From Eledone cirrhosa (lineage: Eukaryota): a DNA stretch of 64,000 nucleotides. The position numbers were made by a program, and so were the translations under genes. The stretch's first letter is position 1. Each line of letters starts with the position of its first letter. Below are positions 50,811-64,000 of this stretch, piece after piece. A model generated the notes under the pieces. It was not told where the DNA came from, ran no database searches, and saw only the letters and a program-made list of their open reading frames with translations. The stretch covers positions 51,026,001-51,090,000 of the forward strand of contig OZ024740.1 of the NCBI GenBank assembly GCA_964016885.1, read 5' to 3'.

Positions 50811-50880
50811 CGAGGGTAGGGGGCCACATATATATATATATATATATATATATAGATATATATATATATATATATATATA

Positions 50881-51080
50881 AGGAATGGCAGAATTAGTAG
50901 GGTTTGGATAAATGCCATTGCTGTATTTTTTCTGGCTCTTTACATTCAAGTCTTGCTGAGGACAACTTTGCCCTTCATCCTTCTGAGGTGAAAATAAAGT
51001 ACAAGTCAAGTATTGGGTCGATATAATTGACTTTCTGCCTCACCACAACTTGTTGGCCTTGTGCCTAAATTAGAAATCAT
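50881..51080 (+). mobile_element. Older related SINE (further degenerate copies near 15700, 16530, 16860, 25120, 58690, 60050)
   Basis: TGGCAGAATTAGTAG head; ACTTTGCCCTTCATCCTTCTGAGG..AAAATAAAGTAC. Confidence 0.65.
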
Positions 51081-51149
51081 ATGTATATATACATACATAT
51101 ACATAAATATATACATATATATATATACACACACACATACACACATACA

Positions 51150-51464
51150 TTTATTCTGGTGAAGAAAAACATTCCCACTCTTCCACATCTTCCTTACAGC
51201 CCAGATCTAGCTTCATGTGATTTCTACCTCTTCCTTAAATTGAAATCGAAGTTGAAGTGTCATCATTTTGGGACTGTGGGAAACATACAAAATATTGTAG
51301 CCGACAAGCTAAGGACACTCCCAGAAAATTACTTCTGGTACTGCTACAATCAATGGGAAAATCGTTGGAACCACTGTGTGACTTCCCAAGGGTTGTAATT
51401 TCATTTATGTCAAATATGCATTTAAATAAAACACCAGTACTCTTACTTTTAGGACAAACCTCAT
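51150..51464 (+). mobile_element. Mariner transposon 3' fragment
   Basis: LPHLPYSPDLASCDFYLFLKLK...W..RWNHCVTSQG; TIR-like end ACTTTTAGGACAAACCTCA followed by TA. Confidence 0.88.
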
Positions 51465-51480
51465 ATATACATACACACAA

Positions 51481-51950
51481 ATCATCATCATCATCATCAT
51501 CATTTTACATCCGCTTTTCCCTGCTTACAAGGGTGGGATGGGTCAGCTCTCACCACCTCCATCCATGTTTTTCATGGTTTTCCTCTATTGCGTCTTCCTT
51601 CCACTGGGATTTCTTGGCACTTCTTCACCCAGCTGACATCTTCCATGTGCATCACATGGCCATACCAACACAGTCTTCTCTCCCACACACTACAGTTTAT
51701 CCCTCTTATACACAGTTTGACTCTCAACTCGTCTATGCTTGGTTGTTCACGCACATTGATATTGCACATCCACATGCTTGCTTCATTTCTCTCCAGCCAT
51801 CGCATATCCTCTGCAGTTGCTGCCCATGTTTCACTACCATGCAGCATCACGCATGTCACACAGACATCACATAACCGACCTTTCATTCACTTCAATGTCA
51901 ACAGAGGAAGTAGCTCCCTAAACTTCTTCCATCCTGTCCTTATTCTAGAT
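51481..51950 (-). mobile_element. Degenerate RTE fragment with 3' tail
   Basis: MKGRLCDVCVTCVMLHGSETWA...RRLCWYGHVM; tail at 51481-51540. Confidence 0.85.
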
Positions 51951-52194
51951 TCTTATACATATATATAAAGATAAATATATACATATATACATATATATTT
52001 ATTAAAATAACAGATTAAAGTTTAAGCAAAGAATCGCTGCTTTCACCCTTAACAGGATCTTCTGAAACTAACAAAGTCAATCTGTAAACACAGAAGTGGA
52101 TATTTCAAAAAACGTTGCAACCGGAGGAAGACAGGAAGACGATACTTTGGTTCGTGGAAACGTTCCCTGGCAAAGAACGGGAAAAAACGAATAG

Positions 52195-52229
<35 letters not shown>

Positions 52230-52230
52230 A

Positions 52231-52415
52231 TAATTGTTTCTACTTTAGGCACAAGGCCAGCAATTACCCAGTGCATTACTGGTACTTTCTTTTATCGACC
52301 CCGTAAGGATGAAAGGCAAAGTCAACCTCGGCGGGATTTGAACTCAGATCGTAAAGGGACGTAACTATGGTGGAAAGCATGGCGCCCGACCCTCTACCGA
52401 TACTGCCAATCCACC
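52231..52415 (-). mobile_element. SINE, same family as 2891
   Basis: Intact A and B boxes (TGGCAGTATCGG, GAGTTCAAATCC); CpGs retained. Confidence 0.82.
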
Positions 52416-52527
52416 ATATATATATATAATAATAATAATAAATTTGAAGACTAAAATCCAAAGAGGGCTCGATAAGGATAAATATATATCAAATATATAA
52501 GAACCGTAGAGCAAATCTGTTATTTTA

Positions 52528-52568
<41 letters not shown>

Positions 52569-52584
52569 TAGACATATATATATA

Positions 52585-53383
52585 CTAGCCGAATTACCCA
52601 TGCCTTGCTGCATTTCACACATTTTTTTTTTTTGTAAGAAAATGATGATTTATTTTAAATAATTTATGAAGAAAAACTCCATTAGGGTGTCTTAATATTA
52701 TTGAAATTTGCTGAAATTTTGTGAATAGGCATCGTTTTTGTAATATATCAAATCAAAATTTCATTATTAAATCTTATTCTTATTTTGTTTCTTGTAAATA
52801 ATTTTTTTCAAAATATCGATTCAAAACTTTTGTGAATAGGCATCATATCTTGTCATTTACCTATGGTTTAAAATTCATATAAATCAAAGGGAAAAGATTT
52901 TCAGCGGGGGTTTTCAGCTCCCAGAGAACCCTTTGATTAAAATGAAATATACTTATCCAAGTACCCTGGGCAATGTAGTTTCAGAATATGTATGGTTATG
53001 AGGGTCTATCTCCGAAACCATAGGAGGAGTTCGTGAAATCTTGTTCCATTTATTGGCCAAAATGTTCACTATAGGGGGTTTAACCCCCTATAGTGTGTCT
53101 TAATATTATTGAAATTTGCTGAAATTTTGTGAATAGGCATCATATCTTGTCATTTACCTATGGTTTAAATTTCATATAAATCGAAGGGAAAAAATTTTCA
53201 GTAGGTGTTTGAGCCCCCGGGGAGCCATTTGATTAAAATGAAATATACTTGAGAAATCAAATGGGCATGAACCCCACACACGTGTCAAGTTTCATCTAGA
53301 TCGGTTTGGTAGTTTTTGAGTTTTAGTTTCACAAACAAATCCACAAACACACACACACAGAAATTGCCATTTATGTATATAGA
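52585..53383 (-). mobile_element. Non-autonomous Helitron-like element
   Basis: TCTATATACATAAATGG...GGCTAG in an A|T site; microsatellite near the 5' end; internal duplication (52830-52950 vs 53125-53250). Confidence 0.78.
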
Positions 53384-54288
53384 TATAAGTAAACATTAAA
53401 AGGACTAGCATTGAAACCTGGTGGTCTTTAAATGAATACAAATTCTGTAATATTATGTGCAAATATAGGACATTGGAACTCTTTATTGTCTAAATGTACA
53501 GAACAATGTGTGTCATTTATAAAAATATAAGTAACACATAAGTTACTGTTCATTTAGGCTGTTCAAAATAGTATCATCTAAATGCTTCTCATTGTTTTGC
53601 ATATATACTTGCAACCTAGTTTGGAAGTCCTGCATTATACATTACAATATATTGACTGTTGCATCATATACTATATCACAATATTGATATAATTTTCTAG
53701 TGAATAACAGCTTTTAGTTCATCTGGTGTATATGGTTTATTGGTGAATAACTTTGCTTTAAAACAACACTAAGGGAAATAATTACAAAACAGAATTTTAA
53801 TTGATTGCACAGGCTGTGGCATGTTACTGAGAAATGACATTATCAGTAAACATTTAATTAACAACATCCTTGAAAATGTTTACTCTATGAGCAGTGGATT
53901 GTCTGGTTATCTTTCAAAGATATACTGGCCTTGCCTTGCCCTAACCTAAGGAGAGCCTTGATTAGTAGGAGGACTGTCCAATGTGGCTTAAATCAATCAT
54001 GGTCAAGATTATTATCAGCTCATGTTAACCATCAATCACTTTCCTAACAGTGGTAAGCTCTGATTACATATATTGACTGTTGATGAGCTATCCTGCTCTT
54101 ATATTGTCAGAAATGACAGATTTATACCAGTCCATATTGAAAATATCACAGAGAGGTAAGGCATTTTTGATGATTTTAATGATTCATCCCTTTAGATACC
54201 AAACTGCCTGAAACTGCCTCAGATTTATGATACAAAACTGCTTATTTCAAAATGTTTATCTTTATACTAAAATGTTTCATCAAATAAT

Positions 54289-54475
54289 TGTTTCTACTTT
54301 TGGCACAAGGCCAGCAATTACCCAGTGCATTACTGGTACTTTATTTTATCGACCCCGTAAGGATGAGAGGCAAAGTTAACCTCGGTGGGATTTGAACTCT
54401 GTCCATAAAGGGACGTAACTATGCTGCAAAGCATAGCATCCGACCCTCTACCGATACTGCCAATCCACCGTCCTT
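54289..54475 (-). mobile_element. SINE, same family, with 17-bp target-site duplication, inside a MITE
   Basis: ATGTTTCATCAAATAAT at 54272-54288 and 54476-54492. Confidence 0.85.
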
Positions 54476-55592
54476 ATGTTTCATCAAATAATGTTTTAAA
54501 TATCAGCCTAGTAATGAAAAACAGTTATTTTATTAAATTCCTTGTTTCATTATTTTCAAAATTAATTGAAACACAAACAGTGTATTTCATTAGAAACATA
54601 ATATTGATTGGGTTAAGGATTTCTTAGAAAAAAATATAGTAGATTAAATTTAAACTGTTCATTCCGTTTACTAATAATGTAATCATGTAGTGTTCTAGGC
54701 AGTGATGTAATAGAAATAGTAGTGCATTGAACTAAATATTTTGAAGTTTTTAATTTCAATCATGTATTTTCCAGAGTTTAATTTCTGCCAGTATCATTGA
54801 TTTTTACTCTTCATCCCTTTCTGATGGGAAGCATAAGACAATAAAATATCTAGTAAATGAGGGCTAGATGGGATTCAATCAATAATAACAACTCCCCCAA
54901 TATATACGCATGCTCACACATATTTATGGTCTAGTAGTAATGTGTCAAGTTGTTACCCTCAATATTCTAAGTTCAAACCCTCCATTATGTTTAACTGTTC
55001 ATCTGGGTCAATAAAATAGGTATTAAAGCCAAGCATTGAATTTAATTCAATTGAATATTCTTTTTCCATACTAATTCATGACCTTGTTCCAATGTCGTTA
55101 AAGTGAAAGGTTCTCAGATATTTTCAGTTTCAGTTAAACAATCCAAGTATCTTATTATTTTAATTTTTTTAAAACTGTTTTAGCTGTTAAAGGGCCAATG
55201 ACAGGTGGGTGGAAATTTATCCTTAGACTGCAAGAAACCTGGCCTAAATGTTTGCAACATAATGGAATCTAGTAAAGGCACCCTAAAAGAGAGCCAGCTG
55301 GGGCTTCAGTGGATTTCATCATGAGTCAGCTTGTAATATCAAAGTAGATATTGGATTAAGTCTACTTCACAAGAATATAAAGTCCTTTTAATGAGCTACC
55401 ACTCGGTTCCTACAAATTCCATTCAAATTTACTCAACAATAAGATCAAACCAAAAGCCATGTAGCTGTGAAGCAAACTTTATAACTATATGGTCATGTTT
55501 ACTGCCAATTTAACAATAAACATAATAAAATATTTCTCTAAAATCAAAGAAACTTGAGAAAGAAAATTAGAAATAAAAATATAAAATAATAA

Positions 55593-55900
55593 TAATTGTT
55601 CCTACTTTTGGCACAAGGCCAGCAATTACCCCAGTGCATAACTGGTACTTTATTTTATCGACCCTGTAAAGATGAAAGGCAAAGCTAACCTCGGCGGAAT
55701 GGCTTCTGATTTAGGTGCAAGGCCAACAATTTGAAGGTGGGGAATATTGATTAAATCACCCCCCAGTATTTGACTGTTACTTTATCTTAACCCTAAAATG
55801 ATGAAAAGCAAAGTTGACCTCAGTGGAACTTAAACTCAGAAAGTAAAGAGCCACAACAAACACCAAAAGGCATTTTGTTTGTAGCTCAGAATGCTCGAAT
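55593..55900 (-). mobile_element. Two adjacent partial SINEs
   Basis: Meta-like domain twice (55640-55700 and 55770-55840). Confidence 0.7.
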
Positions 55901-56399
55901 AAGTAAAGTAAACAAAGATATATAAGAGAGCAAAGAATTTAGATTTTTTGTGTACTGATTGTAAAGGAGTGAAAGAGGCAGAGAAAGAAAATTGTTGCTG
56001 GAGAAGGAAGGAAGGAGACAATGTAGGAAAGTATAAGAAAATATTCATCTTTAGAAAGAAAAAAAAAACATTAACCAGAAGATTATATAACATAGTACTA
56101 AACTTAGTGGTTGCTGTAAACATATACTAACTGGTACTGAGTTATCTGAAGTACGACATTTGAAGTATTAAATTACAGTATTTGGCTGGGATACAGAATT
56201 ATTTAGTCTGTTGAATTAACCAGAGATGTTAGTTAGTTGGTTTCTGTTAATGACAGATATAACAAGAGTTAGACATACCTGCAATGATTAATGTTCATAA
56301 ATGTTTAATGGCTTCATTATATGGCATACAGATACCACATGCATATACATAAACCCACCTACACATATACATATACCCACATGTATGACTGTATATAGC

Positions 56400-56643
56400 T
56401 AATGTGTATATATATATAATATATATATATATTATATATATTATATATATACACACATATATATATATACTTATATATGTGTGTATATATATAATATATA
56501 TAATATATATATATATATATATTATATATATTATATATATACACACATATATATATATACTTATATATACATTAGTAAAAGTAGAGGATCGATGGCAAGC
56601 TCGGCAGTTTCAGCTAGTTCTCCTATCTCTCTCTGTCTGTCTA

Positions 56644-56715
<72 letters not shown>

Positions 56716-56730
56716 CACACACACATATAT
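56400..56730. repeat. Complex (TA)n/(CT)n microsatellite with a higher-order duplication
   Basis: TA-rich block 56403-56478 is approximately repeated at 56481-56568. Confidence 0.8.
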
Positions 56731-57094
56731 ATGACAGCATTTATGTTTGTGTAACAATGCCTATATGCTATGCAGCAGAACTTAACGTGAGTATTAGTAA
56801 GAATATTTAACTAAATCCTAGCCAGAAATTTGTTTCTTGAAATTAGGCAGTTCTGCTGCAAGCAGAAGAATTTGAGTGGGAGATGAATGGTTATGGCTTG
56901 CTAGCTAAAATACCAGTGTCATAGATATGATAGATACACCTTTACAGGTAACCCCTGTAAAAGTGTATTCAAGTTACCTGTGGATCTTTCTTTTGAAACT
57001 TCACTTACTTCTTCATATTATATATCATCATCATCGTTTAACGTCCATCTTCCATGCTAGCATGGGTATATATATATATATATATATATATATA

Positions 57095-57400
57095 GGCACT
57101 CCATCAGTTATGTTGACGTGTTCCAGTTGATACAATCAACGGAACAACCTGCTCACAAAATTAAAGTGCAAGTGGCTGAGCATTCCACAGATATGTGTAC
57201 CCTTAATGTTCCCAGGAAGTTTCAATGTGACAGAGAATATGACAAGATTCGCTCTTTGAATTACAGGTACAACTTATATTTGCCAGTTGAATGGACTGGA
57301 GCAACATGAAATAAAGTATCTTGCTCAAGGACAAATGTGCTGCTAGGAATCAAACTCACAACCTCAATGATCATGAGCCGAATACTTATACCACAAAGTC
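57095..57400 (-). mobile_element. Third SINE family (another copy at 42090-42330)
   Basis: Minus-strand GTGAGTTTGATTCC and CCTTGAGCAAG..ACTTTATTTCA; body shared with 42090-42330. Confidence 0.68.
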
Positions 57401-57412
57401 ACACACACATAT

Positions 57413-57670
57413 AGGTGAAGGCACATGGCTTAGTGGTTAGAGCGTTGGGCTTGCCATTGAGAGGTTGTGAGTTTGATCCTCAGACTGGTTGATGCAATGA
57501 CACTTTATTTCACGTCCCTCCAGTTCACTCAGCTGTAGAAATGAGTTGCAATGTCACTGGTGCCAAGCAGTATAGGCCATTGCCTTTCCCTTGGACAACA
57601 TTGGTGGCATGGCGAGGGGAGGTTAGTATGAATGGGTGACTGCTGGTCTTCCTCAAATACACCTTGCCTT
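57413..57670 (+). mobile_element. Second tRNA-derived SINE family, interrupted by the Helitron at 57679 (another copy at 9739-10035)
   Basis: TGGCTTAGTGGTTAG A-box, GAGTTTGATCC B-box, CORE-like CACTCAGCTGTAGAAATGAG. Confidence 0.72.
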
Positions 57671-57678
57671 TATAAATA

Positions 57679-58524
57679 CTAGCAGAATGGCCCGGCATTG
57701 CTCGGGATTCTAAACATAGATTGGCATGTTTATCCCTCCTTTCTGAAACAGTACAGAGAAGTACGGAATAACTCAGCCTGGGGATGGTGTCTACATTTTG
57801 TGCTTATAAAAAAAAATTGTCATAGATTACCAGGGGTTTAACTTAATTGGGTGCCTGAGAGTAAAATGTTCAACCCACGAAAGCCAAGTAAAAAGGCATC
57901 AACAAACCGAACATGTATTTGTTGTGCTATGGTACAATGAAAGCAATAGTTACAGAGCAGTAAGCATGTGGGACTGCAGTGGTGGAGAGTATAAAGGAAT
58001 TTAGTTGGATACTTTTAAGGTTACAGGCCCTAACGCAACCAAAATACTAAACAATGCGGCCCCCGGGCAAAAATTTGAAATCGTTTTCAGTCAAGAAAAT
58101 GTGTGAAACATAAGTAATGCATATGCAAAGTTTTTAAAAAATCGGTTGGGTACTTCTCGAGTTACAGGCCCTAATGCAACCAAAATGCTTTAAAAAATCG
58201 GTTTTTCACCTAATGCGGTCCCTAGGGCAAAAAATGAGAAAATCTTTTTGCTCAAAACACTTTAAACGACATAAGTAATGCAAATTTTGAAGAAATCGCC
58301 TGGATTATTGTTCCGTTATGCCTCAAAAAAGCCTTTAAAGCCTAAAATATGCGGTTTTTCGCCTAATGCAGTCCCTAGGGCATTGAAAATTAGAAATATT
58401 TTTTGCTCAAAACACTCACACGACCATAAGTATTACATGTGTAAAGTTTGAAAAAGATTGGTTGGGTGGTTCTTGAGTTTTAGGGGGACAGACAGACATT
58501 CTCTGTTTTAGATATATATATAGA
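57679..58524 (-). mobile_element. Non-autonomous Helitron with internal degenerate tandem repeats
   Basis: TC...CTAG in an A|T site; subterminal CCCG..CGGG stem; about three internal repeat units at 58020-58480. Confidence 0.88.
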
Positions 58525-58873
58525 TGAGAGAGAGAAAGATACAGTTATTTATTAGAGATGTTTCATTGTTGTCAAATCATTGGTTTGCCCATTTTGGAAT
58601 GCGATAGTTGTACTAGTTTACGAGACCTTTAAGTCCTAATGGAGTCATAGTGACATACAGCATGTCTTGGAAATTTTAAACCTGGCAGAATAGGTACTTT
58701 TTTTATCGGCTTTGTAAAGATGAAAAGCAAAGTTGACCTTGGTGGGATTTGAACTCAGAGGGCAGAGAGCAAATACCACAAAGTATTCTATCTGATATGC
58801 TATGCTAACAACTCTGCCAATTCACTGCCTATAATTTCATTAGTAAATATTTTTTATGCAGACATAAAAGATC

Positions 58874-59306
58874 ATATATACATTATATACATATGTGTGA
58901 CTATATAGGGTGTATGTGTGAATATATATACATATGTATATACATTATATACATATGTGTGACTATATGGGGTGTATGTGTGAATATATATATATACATA
59001 TATACATTATATACATATGTGTGACTATGTGGGGTGTATGTGTGAATATATATATATACATATATACATTATATACATATGTGTGACTATATGGGGTGTA
59101 TGTGTGAATATATATATATATTTATATACATTATATACATATGTGTGACTATGTGTGAATATATATATATACATATATACATTATATAGATATGTGTGAC
59201 TATGTGGGGTGTATGTGTGAATATATATATATATTTATATACATTATATACATATGTGTGACTATGTGGGGTGTATGTGTGAATATATATACATATTTAT
59301 ATACAC
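58874..59306 (+). repeat. ~58-62-bp minisatellite, 7-8 copies
   Basis: TATATACATTATATACATATGTGTGACTAT..GGGGTGTATGTGTGAATATATA. Confidence 0.9.
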
Positions 59307-59315
59307 ATTAATCAA

Positions 59316-59565
59316 TATGCAGTGAGGATGAAAAACTCAGAGCTGTACAGGAGCCTCTCAAAAGCCAGCTTGAAAGTGACACAGAGGAGATTGGGGTTAG
59401 CTGGACATACTCACCGACATTCAGGGATGACACTGCACTCAGTGGTCCTGTGGGAGCCACTACACGGACACACAGGAAGAGGGAGAACGAGGATGACATA
59501 TGCCCTAAGGAGAGAGACCACTGGAGAGAACTCGTCCATGGATCTCGGGAATTTTACCCACCCTA
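59316..59565 (+). mobile_element. RTE-like C-terminal fragment (another family)
   Basis: ELY...RRLGLAGHTHRH...VVLWEPLHG...RGRTRMTY. Confidence 0.7.
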
Positions 59566-60714
59566 GATATATATATATATCCATATGTGTGTGTGTGTAC
59601 ACACATACACCAGCACATGCATGTATACACACACACATGTGGAATTTCATAATCTTAATTTTTTCATGGCAATTACTCCAATCAGGGTTCAAATATAAAT
59701 CACAGTAATAGGATGATTGAATAGTTTTTGATTTAAGAATTTCTAAATATTTTATGAATTTCTTTTACTGGTACTTGGGATGCAAAATGTTATGACAAGG
59801 AATTATTTAAATTGGATGTGCTTTATAACAAAGTGTATTTGATGTTGTTGTAAGCCTATTGGGTTATATGACCAACCCTTAAATAACTAGTCTTCATTTA
59901 GTGAGGAGCATTACATTAGACTGGTAGGCAATTATATTCTCCAGACTTTCAGGTTTTAATATCAACACAGCAAACACACTAAATAGTAGAGCAATTTTAA
60001 AGAAAATTTGAATTTCTCACTGGAAATTATTCACCTACACACCCATTGGGTATTGCTTTAAACCCAAGTACAAGTAGGACATTGTATTTTATTGACCTCA
60101 AAATGATGAAAAGCAAAGTTTACTTTGGCTGGATTTGAACACTGAGTGCAATGAGCTGAAACAAATACTGAGGCTTTTTTAATCCAACGCCCTAACAAAT
60201 ATGTCAATTTGCCACCTTCTTGCTATGTTACATAATACAATTAAAAGTATAAGAGGATGTAGCAGTTTCCTTGAAGCATTGAGGAATGTGAAAATGAAAA
60301 ATGAGTATGTTTAGGAAGCCGTACAATACAGGTGGGTTTGAAATGCCAAGACAAGTTCAAAGAGAATTAAGAGAGGTGAGGTAGAAAATGTTCAACTTCA
60401 ACTCTCTCAATTAAAAGTATGTTTATACTTGTTGGCTTTGTGAGATTGAAAACAGCAAGGTTTTAAAATATTTTTTCAAAATCTATTCACATTATTTTAT
60501 ATATATGCTGAGCATAAAATTTAAATCTAAATTATGGTTTACAGATTATATATACAGTGTATAAACTAACAAGAAAAATTAATTGGAAAAGTCCTTGGAG
60601 CATTGGACAGAGGTTAAGTCCCACCAAGTTGAACTTTGTCTTTCAGGGTTTATACAGTATCGGTCAAATACTAATGATGGGGAGGGTCAATTCTCCCCAA
60701 CCTCACTTTCAGAA

Positions 60715-60960
60715 TTTGTTATATTGTGTTATGAGAAGGGTTCTGAAAGGCCAAAATGGTTGGATAACATCCATGAGTTTGGCTGGTCTTGCTTGAGGAT
60801 CTAGCCAGATCATTTGGAGATAGTTGCTTCTGACAGAACCCACTGGAAGGAGTGTTTGAGGACTCTACCCCAAAGACCCTCTCGGGAAGAAGAAGAAGAA
60901 GAAGAAGAAGAAGAAGAAGAAGAAGAAGAAGAAGAAGAAGAAGAAGGAGGAGGAGGGAGG
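60715..60960 (+). mobile_element. Expander-type RTE 3' end with (GAA)n tail
   Basis: Closely matches 2505-2690; ends LRTLPQRP followed by (GAA)n. Confidence 0.85.
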
Positions 60961-61370
60961 AGATCTGTATTAGTGAAAATGTCAATACTATGTTTGATAC
61001 AATTAAAGAATAAATAAGCAAATTTAGCATATGTTTGTGTGTTCAAAGATGACTCTACCCAAATACAGTAAAAACATGGCTTATAAGAATGGTTTATAAT
61101 ATAAACTGTTAGGAATACAAAATGTTTACAATACTCATAGAATATAGCTAATTAGTATTTGATTTAACAAATAGTTAATAGATAAGAAGCCTAATTAGTT
61201 ACAACAATTAACAAACAAATGCCTCCTCCCTTTAGTTCTTCAGTTTGTTTTAACTGTTATGGACGACTAAGGCTATGTTAGAGCACTGCCTGTAATATTA
61301 GTATAATGGAGTTGATTAAATCAGATTTTATTGAGGAGAACTATTTTTAAAATTAGATTGTTTTCCGTTT

Positions 61371-61575
61371 ATACCAACAAATTGCTAGAAATACTACTAA
61401 TATTTTTTTTTTAAATCAAGTTTTTTTTAATTAGTTTGTACCAACAAATTGCTAGAAATACTACTAATATTTTTTTTTTAAATCAAGTTTTTTAAAATTA
61501 GTTTGTACCAACAAATTGCTAGAAATACTACTAATATTTTTTTTTTTAAATCAAGTTTTTTTTAATTAGTTTGTA
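61371..61575 (+). repeat. ~67-bp tandem repeat, 3 copies
   Basis: TACCAACAAATTGCTAGAAATACTACTAATA(T)nAAATCAAG(T)nAATTAGTTTG. Confidence 0.92.
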
Positions 61576-62488
61576 ATGCTTCATGAAATCAAAGTTAATG
61601 ATGATGAGATTAATGTATATAAGAATACATTTTTTAAAAAGCAAGGAAGCAAGTGCTTCAAATTGATATATAAGAGAATCGGTAGATAAGGGATAGTTTC
61701 AAATCAATATATAGAAGTTCAACAGATTTAAAAAGAAAATGCTAATGTTTGACATTATTATGTACAGGAATTAAGGAGGGGATTGATAGGAATTTAGAAC
61801 ATAGTTATCAAGGGAAGTATTGTATTTTCAAAGTAAAGTATGGCTGTCAGAATAAATGTAATAGTTTGGAACTGATGTGAAAACAAATCTAAGGTTTCAA
61901 ATTGCTGTGGAAAAGAATTATGGAAACATGAATAATGATACAAAGTTAGAATGTAGGTGTTGGAGTTAGAGTAATTTTTTCATATTAGAGCATGGATGTC
62001 AGATCAATAGTAATAGTTTGAAACTGGAGTGAAAATAAAAGGTATGATTTGAAATTACAGTGTAAGGAATATATAATATGACAATGTTGATAACAGATAG
62101 CAATAAAAAAAACAATTAGAGTAGACTTTGTTTTAAAAGAAACTTTTTAAAAAACTGTAATGGTTTCCTTCATCAGAGAAATTGTCTGCCACAATACTGG
62201 CAAAGTTCTCTGCTTGCTCTAGTTACAATCAAATGAACATTTGTGCAGTAGCATTTTCTTGTATAATCATATATTTATTTATGTAGTTACTTTCAGTAAG
62301 CATTTGAAACACACACACACTTATTTACATATAGTCACATGCACACATCATCACTATCATTGTTTAACATCTATCTTCCACGCTAGCATGGGTTAGACAG
62401 GCACAATAATATATATCCCTAACCAATGCATATGCACACAACATACACACACATGCACATGTACCCACACAGACACACACAGACACAG

Positions 62489-62590
<102 letters not shown>

Positions 62591-63257
62591 TAATGACCAA
62601 AGAATGGCATTGTAATTTCCACTTTCTTTAGGCAGTTGCAATGCTGAAAATACAAACATTTCTTGAAACAGATAAAAAAATGTTACCAAAATTTTAACCC
62701 TCAGTAACAATATTACCACTAAAATAGAAAAATAATAAAATAACAATAAATGATAATTAATTAGAATAAGCAATTGAGAAAATGATTCAATAACAAATAA
62801 AAAATTTACATGACTGAAATAAGTAAAAAAACAATAAAAGAATATAACAGTCAAAAAAGCATGTTGGAACATTTGGTAAACATCTAAGCTGTGATTGAAA
62901 AAAGCAAAACTGACTGGAAGTTCAATAGTCAAACAGCATTAATTGATTAAACATCAGTGGAATTATTTTGGTTGTTAATGGTAATGTAAAAAAATTAACA
63001 ATCATTATAATAATGTTTCATTGTTTGTCTTTAGGATAAATATAAACAAATATTTTGATTGTTATTAGTAAGAATATTCTACAATCAATATAACAATGTT
63101 TCAGTTGTTGGTCTTGTGATTGTTTATCCCTTTAGCATTTAAACCGACCATATCCATCCAGAATTATGTAAGTAAAGACTTTATGATGAAAATATAATAA
63201 TATATATAGAGTAATGTAAATGTTAAAGGGATAATTTCAACATAATTAATTTGATTG

Positions 63258-63493
63258 TTTTACCCCACCCCCGGCTACCAACAGCTCATGTCCTCCACCA
63301 TTAATCAATTTATCTCTTCCTCTCTCTTAACACCAACTGCAACTAATCTTATAGCACATATCCCTCATACTCCCACCATCTACTTCTTCCCCAAGATATA
63401 CAAGTCCGATAATCCTGGCCACCCTATCATTTCAGCCTGTAACTGCCCTGCTGAAATTATCTCCCAATATCTTGATACCCTACTCGCACCCCC
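63258..63493 (+). pseudogene. Penelope-like element RT N-terminal fragment
   Basis: PHTPTIYFFPKIYKSDNPGHPIISACNCPAEIISQYLDTLLAP matches the PLE motif Y.LPKIHK...PGRPI.S.C.CPTE.IS.YLD. Confidence 0.85.
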
Positions 63494-64000
63494 AAAGTAT
63501 AACCATGTATTATTGTTCATTTTAACACTAACCATGTATGTATTATTGCTGGTTTTAACATTAAATATCAACATAATTATTTTGATTGCTAACAGTAAAA
63601 CAATTTAATAATCAATATAGCCATGCTTCATTGCTGCTTTTAAGGTAAAATAACAAAATTATTTTGATTGTTAATGGTACAAAAAGAAATTCACAACAAT
63701 CAAAGTATGTATGATTGCTGGCTTGGAGATTAGAACATCAACATAATCTATATTGCTTGTTAATTGTAAAACAATATAAATATGATTATGTTGATATACT
63801 AATAGTTTAATGAAACCAACATAAATACAATGCATTTTTTTCTGATAAAACAAAAAATATAATAACAAAATAAAATAAAAAATAAATTAGCAATCAGAGT
63901 GTAGCTATGTTGATTACCATATATACACATATATTCTTAGAAAATTTCAAATGCAGAAAATAACTTTTTCCATCTACAGGGATATTTTACCTGCTTTTCT

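Larger units (their letters stand above)
46671..50827 (-). mobile_element. Full-length RTE-clade non-LTR retrotransposon (~4.15 kb), flanked by (TA)n
   Basis: Uninterrupted EN-RT ORF; 3' UTR with the GGAAGGGCATCCA motif; terminal CCATGCAAGCGTGG hairpin; (GAT)n tail at 46671-46692. The CpG-retaining 5' region runs to the TA tract at ~50828, so the 5' end is inferred. Confidence 0.93.

Noticed and set aside
57413-57495. tRNA-like sequences with A and B boxes
   Set aside because: No complete cloverleaf; they continue into SINE bodies.
60810-61046. Poly-Glu/Ser/Leu ORFs
   Set aside because: Derived from the (GAA)n tail of an RTE 3' end.
63960-64000. Possible splice acceptor TTTTTCCATCTACAG|G at the window edge
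   Set aside because: Only 21 bp follow, too little to call an exon.

Overview
AT-rich animal DNA with abundant (TA)n, (CA)n and (GA)n microsatellites. The repeat content resembles a cephalopod (Octopus-type) genome; this is an inference. No host exon is confidently identifiable, so the window is probably intronic or intergenic, and it consists largely of transposable elements. Contents: (1) One apparently intact, full-length RTE-clade LINE (46671-50827, minus). Its 1146-aa ORF has an APE endonuclease, an RT, and a C4HC3 PHD-type finger inserted inside the RT domain. There are four long truncated relatives and more than ten ultra-short 3' stubs, mostly in (TA)n tracts. (2) Several families of Penelope-like element (PLE) termini carrying type I hammerhead ribozyme motifs. 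One motif is canonical and intact; others share a non-canonical core (U4->A/C and a U.U pair closing helix II). One family repeatedly forms DNA palindromes centred at the expected position of ribozyme helix II. (3) Four non-autonomous Helitrons, one with a Pif1-like helicase remnant and two sharing a captured PLE-derived module. (4) Remnants of R4/Dong-, CR1-, L1/Tx1-, Expander-type RTE and mariner elements, TTAA-flanked MITEs and many tRNA-derived SINEs. All alignments and folds were done by eye; most boundaries are approximate.
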